Notes: generated by a model from the letters alone, not told the origin. Numbered from the stretch's first letter, positions 18,817-29,317 are shown. The stretch: 64,000 bases of DNA from an uncultured Nitrososphaerota archaeon (GCA_963703285.1 OY969807.1:128001-192000); one strand, 5' to 3'. A program made the numbers and translations.

Positions 18817-20254
18817 TCACCTCACCCCGATCCTCACGCCGCCCAGCAGTGTGTCCGGGCCGCCGGTCCAGACGGGCGCTCCCTGCATCGGGTCACCCTT
18901 CCCGCAGACGGCCGCCTCGAACTCGAGCTTCCTCCCCCTCGCCTTGACGCTCCCCCAGAGGGCGGGTGTCGTTATCTCGAGGACCGGCGCCTTCACCATC
19001 TCCCCGAGGACCCCGTTCCGGATTCGGTAGGCCTCCAGGCCGACGTACCTCTGGTTGAGCCTCTTGTCGTCGATGTTCCACTCGGTGAACGATTTGAAGT
19101 AGATTCCGTTCTTCACCATCCGGACGAGCTCCTCCGTCGTGTGGTCCCCGGGCTCGACGAAGGTGTTCGACATCCTGATGATGGGCTCCCTGTTGAACCC
19201 CACGGCCCTCGCGGCTCCGTTGTTCCTCTCGCCCAGCTCAGCGGATGTGCTCCTGTTCTGCAGGAACTCGCCGATCTTCCCGTCCACGATCAGCCGCCTC
19301 TTGGTCGCCTTCACCCCCTCGTCGTCCACCGGGCAGTACCCGTTGGAGTGGAGCAGGGTCGGGTCGTCGCTGACGTTTGCCTCCTTGCTCCCAATCCTGT
19401 AGCCTAAGCTGCTCTTCTTCAGGTAGGACTCTCCCGCTTGGGCGCCCTCCCTCCCAAGGATACGGTCCGCCTCCTGCGGGTGCCCCACCGATTCGTGGGC
19501 CGCAATCCCCGAGAGCTCCGGGCTGAGTATCACGTCCATCTTTCCGGGCTCCATCTTCGTCGCCTTGGCGATCACCTCCCTCAGTATCTTGGCCTCCTCC
19601 TCGACCCTCGAGACGAGGTCGAGCCTCTTCACCACCTCGAGCCCTCCAGTCTCTCCCTGCTGGAAGAGCCTCTGTGCCACGTCACCGCCGGAGATGGCCG
19701 TGAGGATTCCGAAGAAGTAGAATCCTTGGGACCCTGCTCTCGGTCTCTGCCCCGTCGCTGTTGACGTAGTACTTCTCGTCAACCTCGGAGCCCGCCACCA
19801 GCATCCTGTTTGGAATCTTCGCTCCCTTCCCTCCTTCGACCCTCTTGTCTATCTCGATGAGGATGGACTTTAGCCAGGCCGCGTCGGCCCCTTCTATGCT
19901 CTCCTTCTCGGGCGCGCTGAACCTTCCCCTTACAGGCTTCGAGTCGTCGAGCTTGACCTTCTTCTTCACCAGCACTTGCGAGGCCTTGGCCATCTTCACG
20001 GTCTTGGCAGTCAGCGACCTCACCGACGACTTCTCCATGATGTTGGTGGAGCTGAAGGCGAGCGCGCCGCGGCAGAGCACACGGATGCCCATCCCGTAGC
20101 CGTCGCCCATCATGGAGGGCTGGGGCTCTCCGTTCTTCAGCATGAAACCCAATCCCACGGAGCTCTGAACCCGGGCCTCCGCGTAGTCTGCGCCCAGCCT
20201 CTGCGCCTCGCTGAGGGAGAGACGGGCAAGTTCACTGGCGTTCTCCTTGTTCAT
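18817..20254 (-). CDS. tldD: TldD family metalloprotease, split by a +1 frameshift at ~19721
   Basis: HESVGHPQEADR, PIIRMSNT, CGKGDPMQ; ORFs 19682-20254 and 18817-19782 join as VPRI/YFFG. Confidence 0.88.
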
Positions 20255-20403
20255 TCTGCCCTTCTTTCTGGAGGGAAGTTATTTCTGTCTTTGTCTTGGG
20301 GCCTTCGTGTTCGACGGGATGAGAAGAGGCCGGAGATTCGAAGCTATTCGGCCACGGTCCCCGTCTCTTCCGCCTTCGATGCTATCCAGATGATGTCGGG
20401 AGT

Positions 20404-20937
20404 TCAGACATCGTGGCACTGCAGCGTGTCGATTATCTCTTGCATAGTCTGCTTCTGGATTGCGGCGTTCGCGTCGGTGGCGGTCGCGTAGATGACGAAG
20501 AACCTGTTGGTCCTTTCGCAGTGGAGGTGGACCGAAGTCACGTCCTGCATCTGGCCCTTGCCGAACAGGCCCCTGCGGGGGACCTCGATCTTGACGTGGT
20601 TGTAGAGCGCATCGTGCCCGTCCACGGTGATGTCCTTGCTCTCGACCGTAGTCATCTTGCCCTGCACGCTCTTCTTCACCTTGTCGAGGCTGAACTTCGC
20701 GTGGTCCTGTATGGTGGGCGCCTTCTTGACAACCTTCTCCAGGTCGCCCCAGGAGACGAAGACGTTCGCCTTCTCGGGAGACTTGACCGCGACGTCCCCG
20801 TCCGCTCTCTTGAACTTGGGATTGAACTCGAGCCTTGCGGTCTTCGGAAATTTGAAGGAGAAGCCATAGATTGTCAGCGTATCCTCCTCCACGGGCGCCT
20901 GACCCAGCGGGAGGTCCGAATTCTCCGAGCTTTCCAT
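20404..20937 (-). CDS. Hypothetical protein (possibly PsbP/DcrB-like fold)
   Basis: GFSFKFP, ITVDGHDA and C-terminal helix pattern; fold is a guess. Confidence 0.6.
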   Translation of the reverse strand: MESSENSDLPLGQAPVEEDTLTIYGFSFKFPKTARLEFNPKFKRADGDVAVKSPEKANVFVSWGDLEKVVKKAPTIQDHAKFSLDKVKKSVQGKMTTVESKDITVDGHDALYNHVKIEVPRRGLFGKGQMQDVTSVHLHCERTNRFFVIYATATDANAAIQKQTMQEIIDTLQCHDV

Positions 20938-21019
20938 TGCCACTCCCAGGAAGGAGCGAGATAAAAGAGTGCGTGGTCGGGACCTTGGGAAACGCTTAAG
21001 TCGGTCCGGGAAGGCGACG

Positions 21020-21148
21020 ATGCTAGCGATGTCTCCTCTGCCTCTCGATATGGGTTCCGGAACCCTTCAGGCGCTCGCCATACTGGCCGTCGCGCTCGGC
21101 ATCGCCGGCATAGCGATCCTGTTACTCTTCGCCAAAGACAAGATCTAG
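21020..21148 (+). CDS. 42-aa single-TM microprotein (below ORF-track cutoff)
   Basis: MLAMSPLPLDMGSGTLQALAILAVALGIAGIAILLLFAKDKI*; TATA-like CTTAAG upstream; followed by GGTGAGG RBS of next gene. Confidence 0.6.
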   Translation: MLAMSPLPLDMGSGTLQALAILAVALGIAGIAILLLFAKDKI

Positions 21149-21159
21149 GTGAGGCGCGG

Positions 21160-21828
21160 TTGGTTAGGGGCCTGATCTTCGACGTCGATGGAACGCTGGT
21201 CACCCTCACGGTCGACAGGGAGAAGCTCCTGTCCGCGACGACCGTCACCCTCCAGAGGATGGGTTTCGACACCTCTTTCGTCGAGGGGGACAATCTCACG
21301 ACGCAGGATATCATCGAGACAGCCAGGCAGCAGGTCGAGGAGGGGAAGGTGAAGACCACCTTCGAGTCGTTTAGGACCTCGCTCAATGCCACGCTCGATT
21401 CCGTCGAGATGGACTGGAACGCGCGCGCCGTCCCGATAGCGGGTACGGCCGACGTCTTGAAGAGGCTGAAGGCTGCGAACGTGAAGCTGGCGACGTTGAC
21501 GAACAGCGGGAGGGTGCCGTCGGACTGGCTCCTGAGGAAGCACGACCTCCACGGGCTCTTCGATTTCACGCTCACGAGGGACGACGTCCCGGCGTTGAAG
21601 CCCAGGCCGGACGGGATAGTCAAGGCGATGGCGATGATGGGGCTCCCGAGGGAGGAGGTGATCTATGTTGGTGACAGCATCATAGACGTCCGCGCCGCAA
21701 GGGCGGCTGGAATAAAGGTGGCTTCCGTCACGACGGGAAGGTACACCTACGAGAAGCTTCGGGGTGAGGGGACGGACTACATCATGGGCTCCCTCTCGGA
21801 GCTCCTCGACATGGTCGGGTCGGGCTAG
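21160..21828 (+). CDS. HAD-family phosphatase (phosphoglycolate phosphatase-like)
   Basis: FDVDGTL, LTN, KPRPDG, YVGDS..D. Confidence 0.9.
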   Translation: MVRGLIFDVDGTLVTLTVDREKLLSATTVTLQRMGFDTSFVEGDNLTTQDIIETARQQVEEGKVKTTFESFRTSLNATLDSVEMDWNARAVPIAGTADVLKRLKAANVKLATLTNSGRVPSDWLLRKHDLHGLFDFTLTRDDVPALKPRPDGIVKAMAMMGLPREEVIYVGDSIIDVRAARAAGIKVASVTTGRYTYEKLRGEGTDYIMGSLSELLDMVGSG

Positions 21829-24329
21829 ACGCGCTCTGTCCTCGAGATGGCGCTCCTCAGCTCCCTCGCCTCGGCCCTCAGCTTCTCGACATCCTCCCTC
21901 AGGCCTTCCAGCGCCCTCCTGCCTTCGCCCGAGGCAAGTTCTTCGAGGACCTCGACCGCCCTCCTCCGGTTGCGGTTGTCGACGTCCTCATCGGCCACGC
22001 GCCTCAGAGTCTCCGTGAACCTACCGTCCGACAGGTCCGCCACGACCTCGAGGACCTGGTTCCTGGCGACGAAGCTCTTGTCCTTGAGCGCGATCTCCTT
22101 GAGGAGGTCGACGTCCTCCGGTTCCAGCGAACCCAGCCTTCCGAATCCCTTCAGGGACCCTATCCTCACGCGTTCGGGGTTGCCGTAGGCGACGTGCCCC
22201 CTGATTATCTCTCTCGCTTCCCGGCTCTTGACGTATCCGAGGGCCTCGAGCGAGGCCTCGGCCAGCCCGTCCTCGGGCGACTCCAGCTTCATCGCCTCCA
22301 CTAGGTTCCCCACCGCGTCCCCTCCGCCCAGCTTGCCTATCGATAGGGCGGCCTCGGACTGGTTGTACGGGCTCTCGTCCCCCAGGAGCGCCACCTTCAG
22401 CCTCTGGCCGACCCGCTCGTCTCCCCTAAACTCCGCCATGGCTGCCAAGGCTGCCCGCCTCACCTTCCTGTGCTTCACGCCTGCGAGGTCCAACACCGCC
22501 TCTAGAGCCTCGGGGCCGCCGATCTTCCCGATTGACCTTATGGCCTCGGCCCTCACGGACCAGAACTGCTCGGATGAAGCAGCGGCCTTGAGCAACGCCA
22601 CCGTCTCCGCGCTCCTGAACGTGGCTAGCTCCTCGGCGGCGCTCCTCCTGCTCAGCGCGTCGGCGCTCGAAGAGAGCTGCTCCCGCAGAAGCGCGAAGCT
22701 CTTGACGAACTTCACCTTCTTGAGGAGCCATCCTTCCGGATCGAACTCCACGATCCCGGGTGGGGAGTCTAGCTCGAACTGGAAGCTCTCGCTCTGGGAC
22801 CTCAGCTTAACCCTCTTCGAGAGCCTCCCCTTGGCCGTGTAGAATACCAGGTCCACCGGAAGCTCGAAGACGGGCGTGAGTTCGTCCGTCTGCTGGACCT
22901 GCTTCACAGTGACCAGCGCGATCCTCCTGGCGTCGTCCCATGAGTAATCGACCTCGAACTCTGGGTAGCCTCCCCTGTAGAACGACTGCTCGAAGTAGCG
23001 GGAGAGCGAGACCCCGCTGAACTCCTCCATCACCCTGCGGTAGTCGTCTGTCTCGGCGTTCCCCAGCGCGTACCTCCTGAGGTACTCCTGTGTGCCCCCG
23101 AAGAACAGCTCATCGCCGAGGATTCCCCTGAGCTGGTGCAGCATCCAGGCCCCCTTCTCGTAGGTGCAGGAGTCGAAGAGGTCGTCAGCGTACAGGTAGT
23201 CGTCCTCGACGATCCGCCTCCTGTACCTGCGCTCGTCTTCTTCGAAGAACGTCTGGGCCTTGTAGAGCATGTCCTGGCCGAACGCCTCTCGCCCCCTGCT
23301 CCTCTCGCAGTACAGGGCATCCATGTAGCTCGCGAATCCCTCGTTGAGCCAGGCGTGGGGCCAGTGCCTCATCGTGACGAGGTCGCCGAACCACATATGC
23401 GCCAACTCGTGGGCGACGAGGCCGACGTGGTCCCTGTCGGGCCTCGAGTACCTCGTGGCGTAGTCCTCCTCGGACCTCTCGTCGGGGAACCTGCTGTCGG
23501 TGAGGGTGGTGGCGGTGATGTTCTCCATCCCTCCGTATATGAAATCGTGGACGGCGACCTGGGCGTACTTCTCGTAGGGGTAGTCGATCCCGGTGATCTC
23601 TTCGAAGTCCTTCACCATCTTGGGGGTCTGGCCGAAGTACCTCAAAGCGTCCTTCTTCTTCCCTTCCGGGACGTAGTACTGGATGGGTACGCGGGCTCCC
23701 GTGTCGTCGATCCTGACGAACTTCCCCACGACGAAGGAGTTGAGATAGGTAGAGTGTGGAGCGCTCTCGTGCCAGTGGTAGGTGGTCCATCCCTGGTCAG
23801 TCTCCTCTGAGATCAGTCTCCCATTCGAGATGACCTCGAAGCCTTCCGGAACGGTGATGACCATCTCCGACTGGGACCTGTCGTTGGGATGGTTGTAGCA
23901 AGGGTACCAGTATCTGGCGGCCTCGGACTCGCTCTGCGTCCAGACCTGCACCGGCTTGTCCGGATACTTCTCGTCCGGGTGGATGAAGTACACCCCGCGT
24001 CTCGGAGCGGCAGAATACTCGACGACTACTAGGTGGGAGATGACGTTCAGGGGCCCGCTGGCCCTCACCGCCAGCCTCCGGCCGTCGTAGTCAAAGCTCG
24101 TCGCCAGCCCGTCCAACTGGACGCCCGAGACCTGCATCTCCGACGCGTCAAGATTGAGGACCGCCAGGTCTCTTCTCAACGGAGTAACCATGAGAGTGCA
24201 TCGGCCCCGGATCGTCCTCTTCTCGGGATCGACTGTGAGTTCGACCTTGATGTGGTCCGTCCGGTACTCCCGATCTGGAAGGAAGTGCCTGTGCGAGCCC
24301 GGAACGTGGAAGGATTTCCTGGCGTTCAT
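21825..24329 (-). CDS. M1 aminopeptidase with C-terminal HEAT repeats
   Basis: GGMEN, HELAH-X18-E, YEKGA; HEAT-like repeats. Confidence 0.93.
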   Translation of the reverse strand: MNARKSFHVPGSHRHFLPDREYRTDHIKVELTVDPEKRTIRGRCTLMVTPLRRDLAVLNLDASEMQVSGVQLDGLATSFDYDGRRLAVRASGPLNVISHLVVVEYSAAPRRGVYFIHPDEKYPDKPVQVWTQSESEAARYWYPCYNHPNDRSQSEMVITVPEGFEVISNGRLISEETDQGWTTYHWHESAPHSTYLNSFVVGKFVRIDDTGARVPIQYYVPEGKKKDALRYFGQTPKMVKDFEEITGIDYPYEKYAQVAVHDFIYGGMENITATTLTDSRFPDERSEEDYATRYSRPDRDHVGLVAHELAHMWFGDLVTMRHWPHAWLNEGFASYMDALYCERSRGREAFGQDMLYKAQTFFEEDERRYRRRIVEDDYLYADDLFDSCTYEKGAWMLHQLRGILGDELFFGGTQEYLRRYALGNAETDDYRRVMEEFSGVSLSRYFEQSFYRGGYPEFEVDYSWDDARRIALVTVKQVQQTDELTPVFELPVDLVFYTAKGRLSKRVKLRSQSESFQFELDSPPGIVEFDPEGWLLKKVKFVKSFALLREQLSSSADALSRRSAAEELATFRSAETVALLKAAASSEQFWSVRAEAIRSIGKIGGPEALEAVLDLAGVKHRKVRRAALAAMAEFRGDERVGQRLKVALLGDESPYNQSEAALSIGKLGGGDAVGNLVEAMKLESPEDGLAEASLEALGYVKSREAREIIRGHVAYGNPERVRIGSLKGFGRLGSLEPEDVDLLKEIALKDKSFVARNQVLEVVADLSDGRFTETLRRVADEDVDNRNRRRAVEVLEELASGEGRRALEGLREDVEKLRAEARELRSAISRTERV

Positions 24330-24369
24330 GTCCCTGGCCAGATTCTCCCCCCTGAAAACAATTTTCCTT

Positions 24370-25428
24370 CTATCTCCAGCCGTCCCTCACGCCCTTGGAG
24401 TAGACCTTCCAGTACGGGTCGAGCTTCGGCGGGACGTAGCTCTGATTCCGACCCCGCCAAGCGACCCGAAGCCTCGGGCCACTCCCGCCGACCACCCCTA
24501 CGCCGAACGACTCTATCCCGCTGCCGGCCAGCGCCTTCATCAACTCGGGCGAGCGATCGGGCCTGCAGGCGACGAGGAGAGTCCCCTCGCTTATCGTCGT
24601 GAGCGGGTCGATCCCGAAAGCCTCGCAGACCGACCGACTCTCGCGCGTCACGTGGATCCTATCGCGCTCGATCTGCAGCGTCCTGCCGCTCGAGGACGCG
24701 AGCTCATAGAGGCCCCCCAGGACGCCCCCCTCGGTAGCGTCGTGCATCGCGGTCACCCCCGACCCCCTAATGCCGACCGAGGACGCCGTCAGGGAGTCCT
24801 CCAGCGTGGAACACCTGCGGATGTACCCTGCGGCCCTCCTGGCGGCCTTGGTCCCCACACGGGTCTCTGTCGTCTCCGGGAAGGCGAGCGCCAGTACCGC
24901 CGTGGCTTCGATGGCGGCTCCCTTGGTCATGACCACCACATCGCCCTCCTGAATCATCCGGGGAGTGACGTACTCGTCCTCCCCGGCTGTCGCCATCATC
25001 ATGCCTCCCCCGACGACCGTGTAGTCCGAACCCGGATACCTGCCCGAGTGGCCACCGATGATGGCTATTCCCAACCTCCTGCACTCGCTGCCGACCGCCT
25101 CCACATACCTCTCGAGGTCGTCGGCCGCCAACGAGGGAGGCAGGTTGTAGTCCAGGACCGCGAACTGCGGACCGACCGCGCTCGTCGCTAGGTCAGAGGC
25201 GAGGGCGTGGACCGATAACCAGGCAGAATCCTCCATCCCTATGGCCGGGATCATCGAGAGCGGGTCAGATGTGACGACCATAACCCTCCGCGACCCCAGG
25301 GATAGGACCGCGTTGTCGAGCCCCATACCCGGGCCGACCAGGACAGCCGGGTTCTTCGCCCCCGTGTTCTTGAGAATGACCCGCCTCAGGAAATCCCGGT
25401 CCACCTTCCCAAGGCCTCCCTTCGCCAA
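24370..25428 (-). CDS. AIR synthase/HypE-like family protein
   Basis: GPGMGLD, TSDP, GGHS, AMHDATEGGV, SEGTLL. Confidence 0.88.
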   Translation of the reverse strand: MAKGGLGKVDRDFLRRVILKNTGAKNPAVLVGPGMGLDNAVLSLGSRRVMVVTSDPLSMIPAIGMEDSAWLSVHALASDLATSAVGPQFAVLDYNLPPSLAADDLERYVEAVGSECRRLGIAIIGGHSGRYPGSDYTVVGGGMMMATAGEDEYVTPRMIQEGDVVVMTKGAAIEATAVLALAFPETTETRVGTKAARRAAGYIRRCSTLEDSLTASSVGIRGSGVTAMHDATEGGVLGGLYELASSSGRTLQIERDRIHVTRESRSVCEAFGIDPLTTISEGTLLVACRPDRSPELMKALAGSGIESFGVGVVGGSGPRLRVAWRGRNQSYVPPKLDPYWKVYSKGVRDGWR

Positions 25429-25454
25429 GGCGTATCGGTGCCCGCATTCTCTTC

Positions 25455-26810
25455 GGTTCTGTTAAGTCTTCGGGTAATGCCCGAGGCTGTTAAACATCGG
25501 GCGATGACCGCCACTCAACTTGCTGGCATCGACTCTGAGGATTACCGTCCGCGTCGGGTTCCCCCTCATTGTTTCACTTGCCAGCCCTTTCTCCCTGGCC
25601 ACAAAATCAGCTTGTTGCGAGCGGCCTTGTGGCTTTGGACGGGAACTCGCGAACCTCGCAAGTCCCCTCTTGGATAGATTGAGGGCCGCGTTAACGTCCC
25701 TGTCCATCCATGTCTTACAGGTCTGACAACACAGCATCCTCTGATGCGCGACATCACCCTTCACAGGGCTGTGAGTCCTCTCCCCACACGCCGAGCACTC
25801 CGAGGAGGAGCCGTAGGTATCAGACTTGGTAAGCGGAATCTTGGTCAATCCTTTCCATGCGGCCTTGTATTCGAGCATCTGCTTGACCTTCCAGTGCGGC
25901 CACGAGTCAATCGGAATCGATAGTCCTCGCCCTGACCATTCCTTCTCCGATACATCTTCCTGATGCCGGTGAGGTCTTCGAGAGCGAGCGCCGCGCCATT
26001 TCTTGAGGCTGTATCAACGATGAAGTTCGTAGTCGCGTGGAGCATCTGATCTGTCCTGTTGTAACATCGCTTCCAGTATTTCCGAGAAAGTTGCCTCCTG
26101 ATTCTAACATCGTTCCTCTTGAACGACCCGACGATCTCTCTCGTCGTCTGCCGAATCTTCACGGCCTTCGTCATGTCCACCTGAATCACGCTATCCTTGT
26201 CTCCAAATGTGAGGTTCTTCTCATTCCTATCCACGCCATACACCGTCTTGACCGGCGCGGGTTCGACCTCCTCTGAGTAGCAGAACGAGAGATTGTCTGG
26301 TGTTATCGTGAGACTCCTCGTCTTTTTCCCTTCGAGAGTTTCAATCACGTGAGGATTGAGTTGGACATCGAAGTATCTGTCTCGCGCCAGAGGTAAGAAC
26401 AGCCTGCCCTTCATTGTAACAAAGAACCCTGAGATTATGCAAACTTTCTCCTTCAAAGGCTTCAGATGCTTCGTCTCAGCCTCCCGCTTCTCAGATTTTT
26501 TCCTGCTCGCCACGACCTCACATGCTCGTCCTATCGCCGCTGTCTTGTAGCACGAAGGCAGCTTCACATCCTTGAGTGTCCGATAGAACTCTTTCATCCC
26601 CTTCCTGTTATCTATCCCGTGCTCCTGAGCGTAGTTGACAGCGTTGTAGGTCAGAGTCAGGCACTCGCCGAGGAGGCCTCGTAGTTCTTCCCCATCAATT
26701 GACAGAGAGACAGACTTTGTAGCTCGCAATGACTAATCATACGACTATGGGATATAACCGCCACCCGGGGGGTTAACAGGCGAACTCATCACCAAGGACT
26801 TAACTGAAGC
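25455..26810 (-). mobile_element. 1356-bp TIR-bounded element carrying only tnpB, with 8-bp target-site duplication
   Basis: Ends GGTTCTGTTAAGTCTTCGGG and revcomp GCTTCAGTTAAGTCCTTGGT (15/20); TTCTCTTC at 25447-25454 and 26811-26818. Confidence 0.82.
25462..26729 (-). CDS. tnpB: TnpB RNA-guided endonuclease (one-base deletion at ~25907)
   Basis: RuvC-I GVDRNE, RuvC-II ALEDLTGIR, Zn finger CSACG/CQTC, RuvC-III DRDVNAALN; ORFs join as RL(N)SWPHWK. Confidence 0.9.
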
Positions 26811-26856
26811 TTCTCTTCTTGAGCTTTTATACCTGCACCCGACCCCGCGTGCAGTT

Positions 26857-28092
26857 TTGCCTACGAGGATCGTAGTCCATTACGGCGAGATAGGGACCAA
26901 GGGGGCGAACAGACAGGTCTTCGAGGCAAGCCTTCGCAGAAACATCATCTCCGCCTTGCGCCCCGTCTCGCAGCCGAAGGTGAGGCTCGTCGAGAACCGC
27001 TTCTTCGTCGAGGTGGAGGAGGACGAGGCACCCGAGGCCAAGAGATTGCTCGCCAGAATCTTCGGCGTCGCCTGGTTCGCCCAGGTGCAGAGCGCCCCGC
27101 TGGAATACGCCGCAATAAGGGAGACCGCCGTCCGGGCTCTGTCCGGGAGCCAGAGCGGGACCACCTTCAGAGTCAGCGTCAGGAGGCCGAACAAGTCCTT
27201 CGAGATGAAGTCTCAGGAGCTGGCCGGGAAGCTCGGGGAGGACTTGATCGAGAAGCTCGGGATGAAGGTCGACCTCTCATTTCCCGACACGACGGTCTTC
27301 GTGGACGTAATCTCAAGGGAGGCGCTCGTGTACCGCGAGCGCCTCAAGGGACCAGGAGGGTTGCCGGTCGGCGTCAGCGGCTCGGTCATGCACCTCCTCT
27401 CCGGGGGGATTGACTCCCCGGTCGCGGCCTGGCTGATGATGAAGCGAGGATGCGCCCCCGTCTACCTGCACTTCTACGTGGCACCGAGTGTGGAACCCAT
27501 CCTAGAGAGCAAGATAGGGCGACTCGTCCGCATCCTCTCCCAGTACGGGGGCGGCTCACAACTCATCCTCATACCCTTCGCCCCCTACCAGCTCGCCACC
27601 ACCGAACTCCCTCCCGAGTTCGAGCCCACGGTCTTCCGGCGGTTCATGAGGATGGTTGCGGAGACCCTTGCCAGGAGCCTCGACCTCCCCGCCCTCTCCA
27701 CGGGCGACAACCTGGCGCAGGTAGCGTCCCAGACGCTTCAGAACATCGCTTGCATAGACAGTGGCAGCTCCATGCCCACCTTCAGGCCACTACTGGGATA
27801 CGACAAGGACGAGATAGTCAGGCTGGCGAGACAGATTGGCACCTACGAGGTCTCCATCGAGGACTACAGGGACTGCTGCTCAATCGTCTCGAGGCACCCC
27901 AAGACGAGGATGAAGATTGCAGACGTCGACGAAGCGTCAAGACGGCTGGACTTCCAAGGGCTCGCTGACCGCTCCGTCGCCATGGGTCACATAGCCTCGT
28001 TCCCGGAGGGCGCAGTTGACCTTAGGCCCCTTGGCGAGGTACTTGCGAAGACCCGACGAGAGGGCGAGCTCGGTCTCCAGCGTGCCCACTAG
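26857..28092 (+). CDS. thiI: tRNA 4-thiouridine sulfurtransferase ThiI
   Basis: YGEIGTKG, THUMP domain, GPGGLPVG, LLSGGIDSPVA, TGDNLAQVASQT, DCC. Confidence 0.93.
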   Translation: MPTRIVVHYGEIGTKGANRQVFEASLRRNIISALRPVSQPKVRLVENRFFVEVEEDEAPEAKRLLARIFGVAWFAQVQSAPLEYAAIRETAVRALSGSQSGTTFRVSVRRPNKSFEMKSQELAGKLGEDLIEKLGMKVDLSFPDTTVFVDVISREALVYRERLKGPGGLPVGVSGSVMHLLSGGIDSPVAAWLMMKRGCAPVYLHFYVAPSVEPILESKIGRLVRILSQYGGGSQLILIPFAPYQLATTELPPEFEPTVFRRFMRMVAETLARSLDLPALSTGDNLAQVASQTLQNIACIDSGSSMPTFRPLLGYDKDEIVRLARQIGTYEVSIEDYRDCCSIVSRHPKTRMKIADVDEASRRLDFQGLADRSVAMGHIASFPEGAVDLRPLGEVLAKTRREGELGLQRAH

Positions 28093-29294
28093 GTGGGGCT
28101 GCTGACCTGGAATTCCGTGACCCTCACCACCCAGAAGTTCGTCGAGGGGAAGGTCTGGGATATCCTCACGCCCTCGCTGGTGCCCGTCACCGGGGCGGTC
28201 ATGTACGTCTTGCCGTCGATCGCTACCGTGACCTGACTGCCGGAGACGGTTATCTGGAAGAGGTGCCAGACGAACGGGGACAGGCCGGTGCTCACCTCGT
28301 TCAGCCGACCCTCCTTCGTCCCGTTGGCGTAGCGCGCAAGCTCCAGCGTCCCGTCGGTGTGAAGCAGGACGTAGTAGAAGTTCTTCGAGTTCTGGTAGTC
28401 GAATATGATCCACTGGACCTCGTATGGGTGTGACCCTGCTACGATGGTCTGCATCCCGACGGTCAGCGTGTAGTCCGGCTGGCTGACGCTCTGGGCCAGG
28501 TCCACCCTCGTGACAGCCGGGATTCCGATTATGATCAGGACAACGAGGGCTATCGCCACGACCTCCCGCCTCCTCACGGAGAGGGGGGCGTGGAAGCTCT
28601 TGACCAGGGAAACGGGCCACATTATGAAGAGCCCAAGTACGACTCCGATGATCAGGGGTATGGGGATGGCCAGACCCGCGACGATCAGCGGGAAGTCGAC
28701 CTCCTGAGAGAAGAGCAGAGAGCCGAGCACTATCAGGAGGAACGAGAGGATGTTCACGACTCTCACCGTGCCGGCCGTCCCCAGCTTGGATGCAGTGGTC
28801 CTCCACGCGCCCTGGTTCCTGAGGCCGACCAAGAGCTCCCCCGAGACGCCGAACAGGAAGACCACGACTAGGCCGGCCCCGCTCGCCAGGCTGAACGCGC
28901 CCATGTATCCGAGCCAGAAGAGTAACGCGTACCTGGAACCGTGGAAGATTATGTCGAGGGGGGACTTCTCCCGCGCCTTCAGGAGCCTGGGGTAGTTGAC
29001 ATAGAGGAGCATCACGATTACCCCAAGCAGAATCTCGGCGGGCGGCAGCAGGAGGAGGATGACCAGCGAGAGGACCGCTAGAGGAACCGCGGCCCACCGC
29101 AGATGAGTAAAGAACCTCTCGTTCTCGCCCGCGAAGAGAGCGAACGCCTTGGAGCTGATGGCGAAAGAGACTACGAGGAGAGCGGGGAACCTGGTTGGCT
29201 GGAGCAGCACCCCGAAGAGGACCGCTATGACTACGTGTGCGAAGGACGTCAGCACGAAGTAGACGTCCTCCCTCGCGTCCGGCCTTTGCAACAA
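28089..29294 (-). CDS. UbiA-like polytopic membrane protein fused to a C-terminal beta-sandwich (lectin/DUF1080-like) domain
   Basis: YVNYPRLLK and RTTASKLG UbiA-like segments; IFDYQNSKNFYYV and WHLFQITVSGSQVTVAIDG. Confidence 0.55.
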   Translation of the reverse strand: MLQRPDAREDVYFVLTSFAHVVIAVLFGVLLQPTRFPALLVVSFAISSKAFALFAGENERFFTHLRWAAVPLAVLSLVILLLLPPAEILLGVIVMLLYVNYPRLLKAREKSPLDIIFHGSRYALLFWLGYMGAFSLASGAGLVVVFLFGVSGELLVGLRNQGAWRTTASKLGTAGTVRVVNILSFLLIVLGSLLFSQEVDFPLIVAGLAIPIPLIIGVVLGLFIMWPVSLVKSFHAPLSVRRREVVAIALVVLIIIGIPAVTRVDLAQSVSQPDYTLTVGMQTIVAGSHPYEVQWIIFDYQNSKNFYYVLLHTDGTLELARYANGTKEGRLNEVSTGLSPFVWHLFQITVSGSQVTVAIDGKTYMTAPVTGTSEGVRISQTFPSTNFWVVRVTEFQVSSPT

Positions 29295-29317
29295 TCAGGG
29301 GCCGCTGGAGAGGCCGA

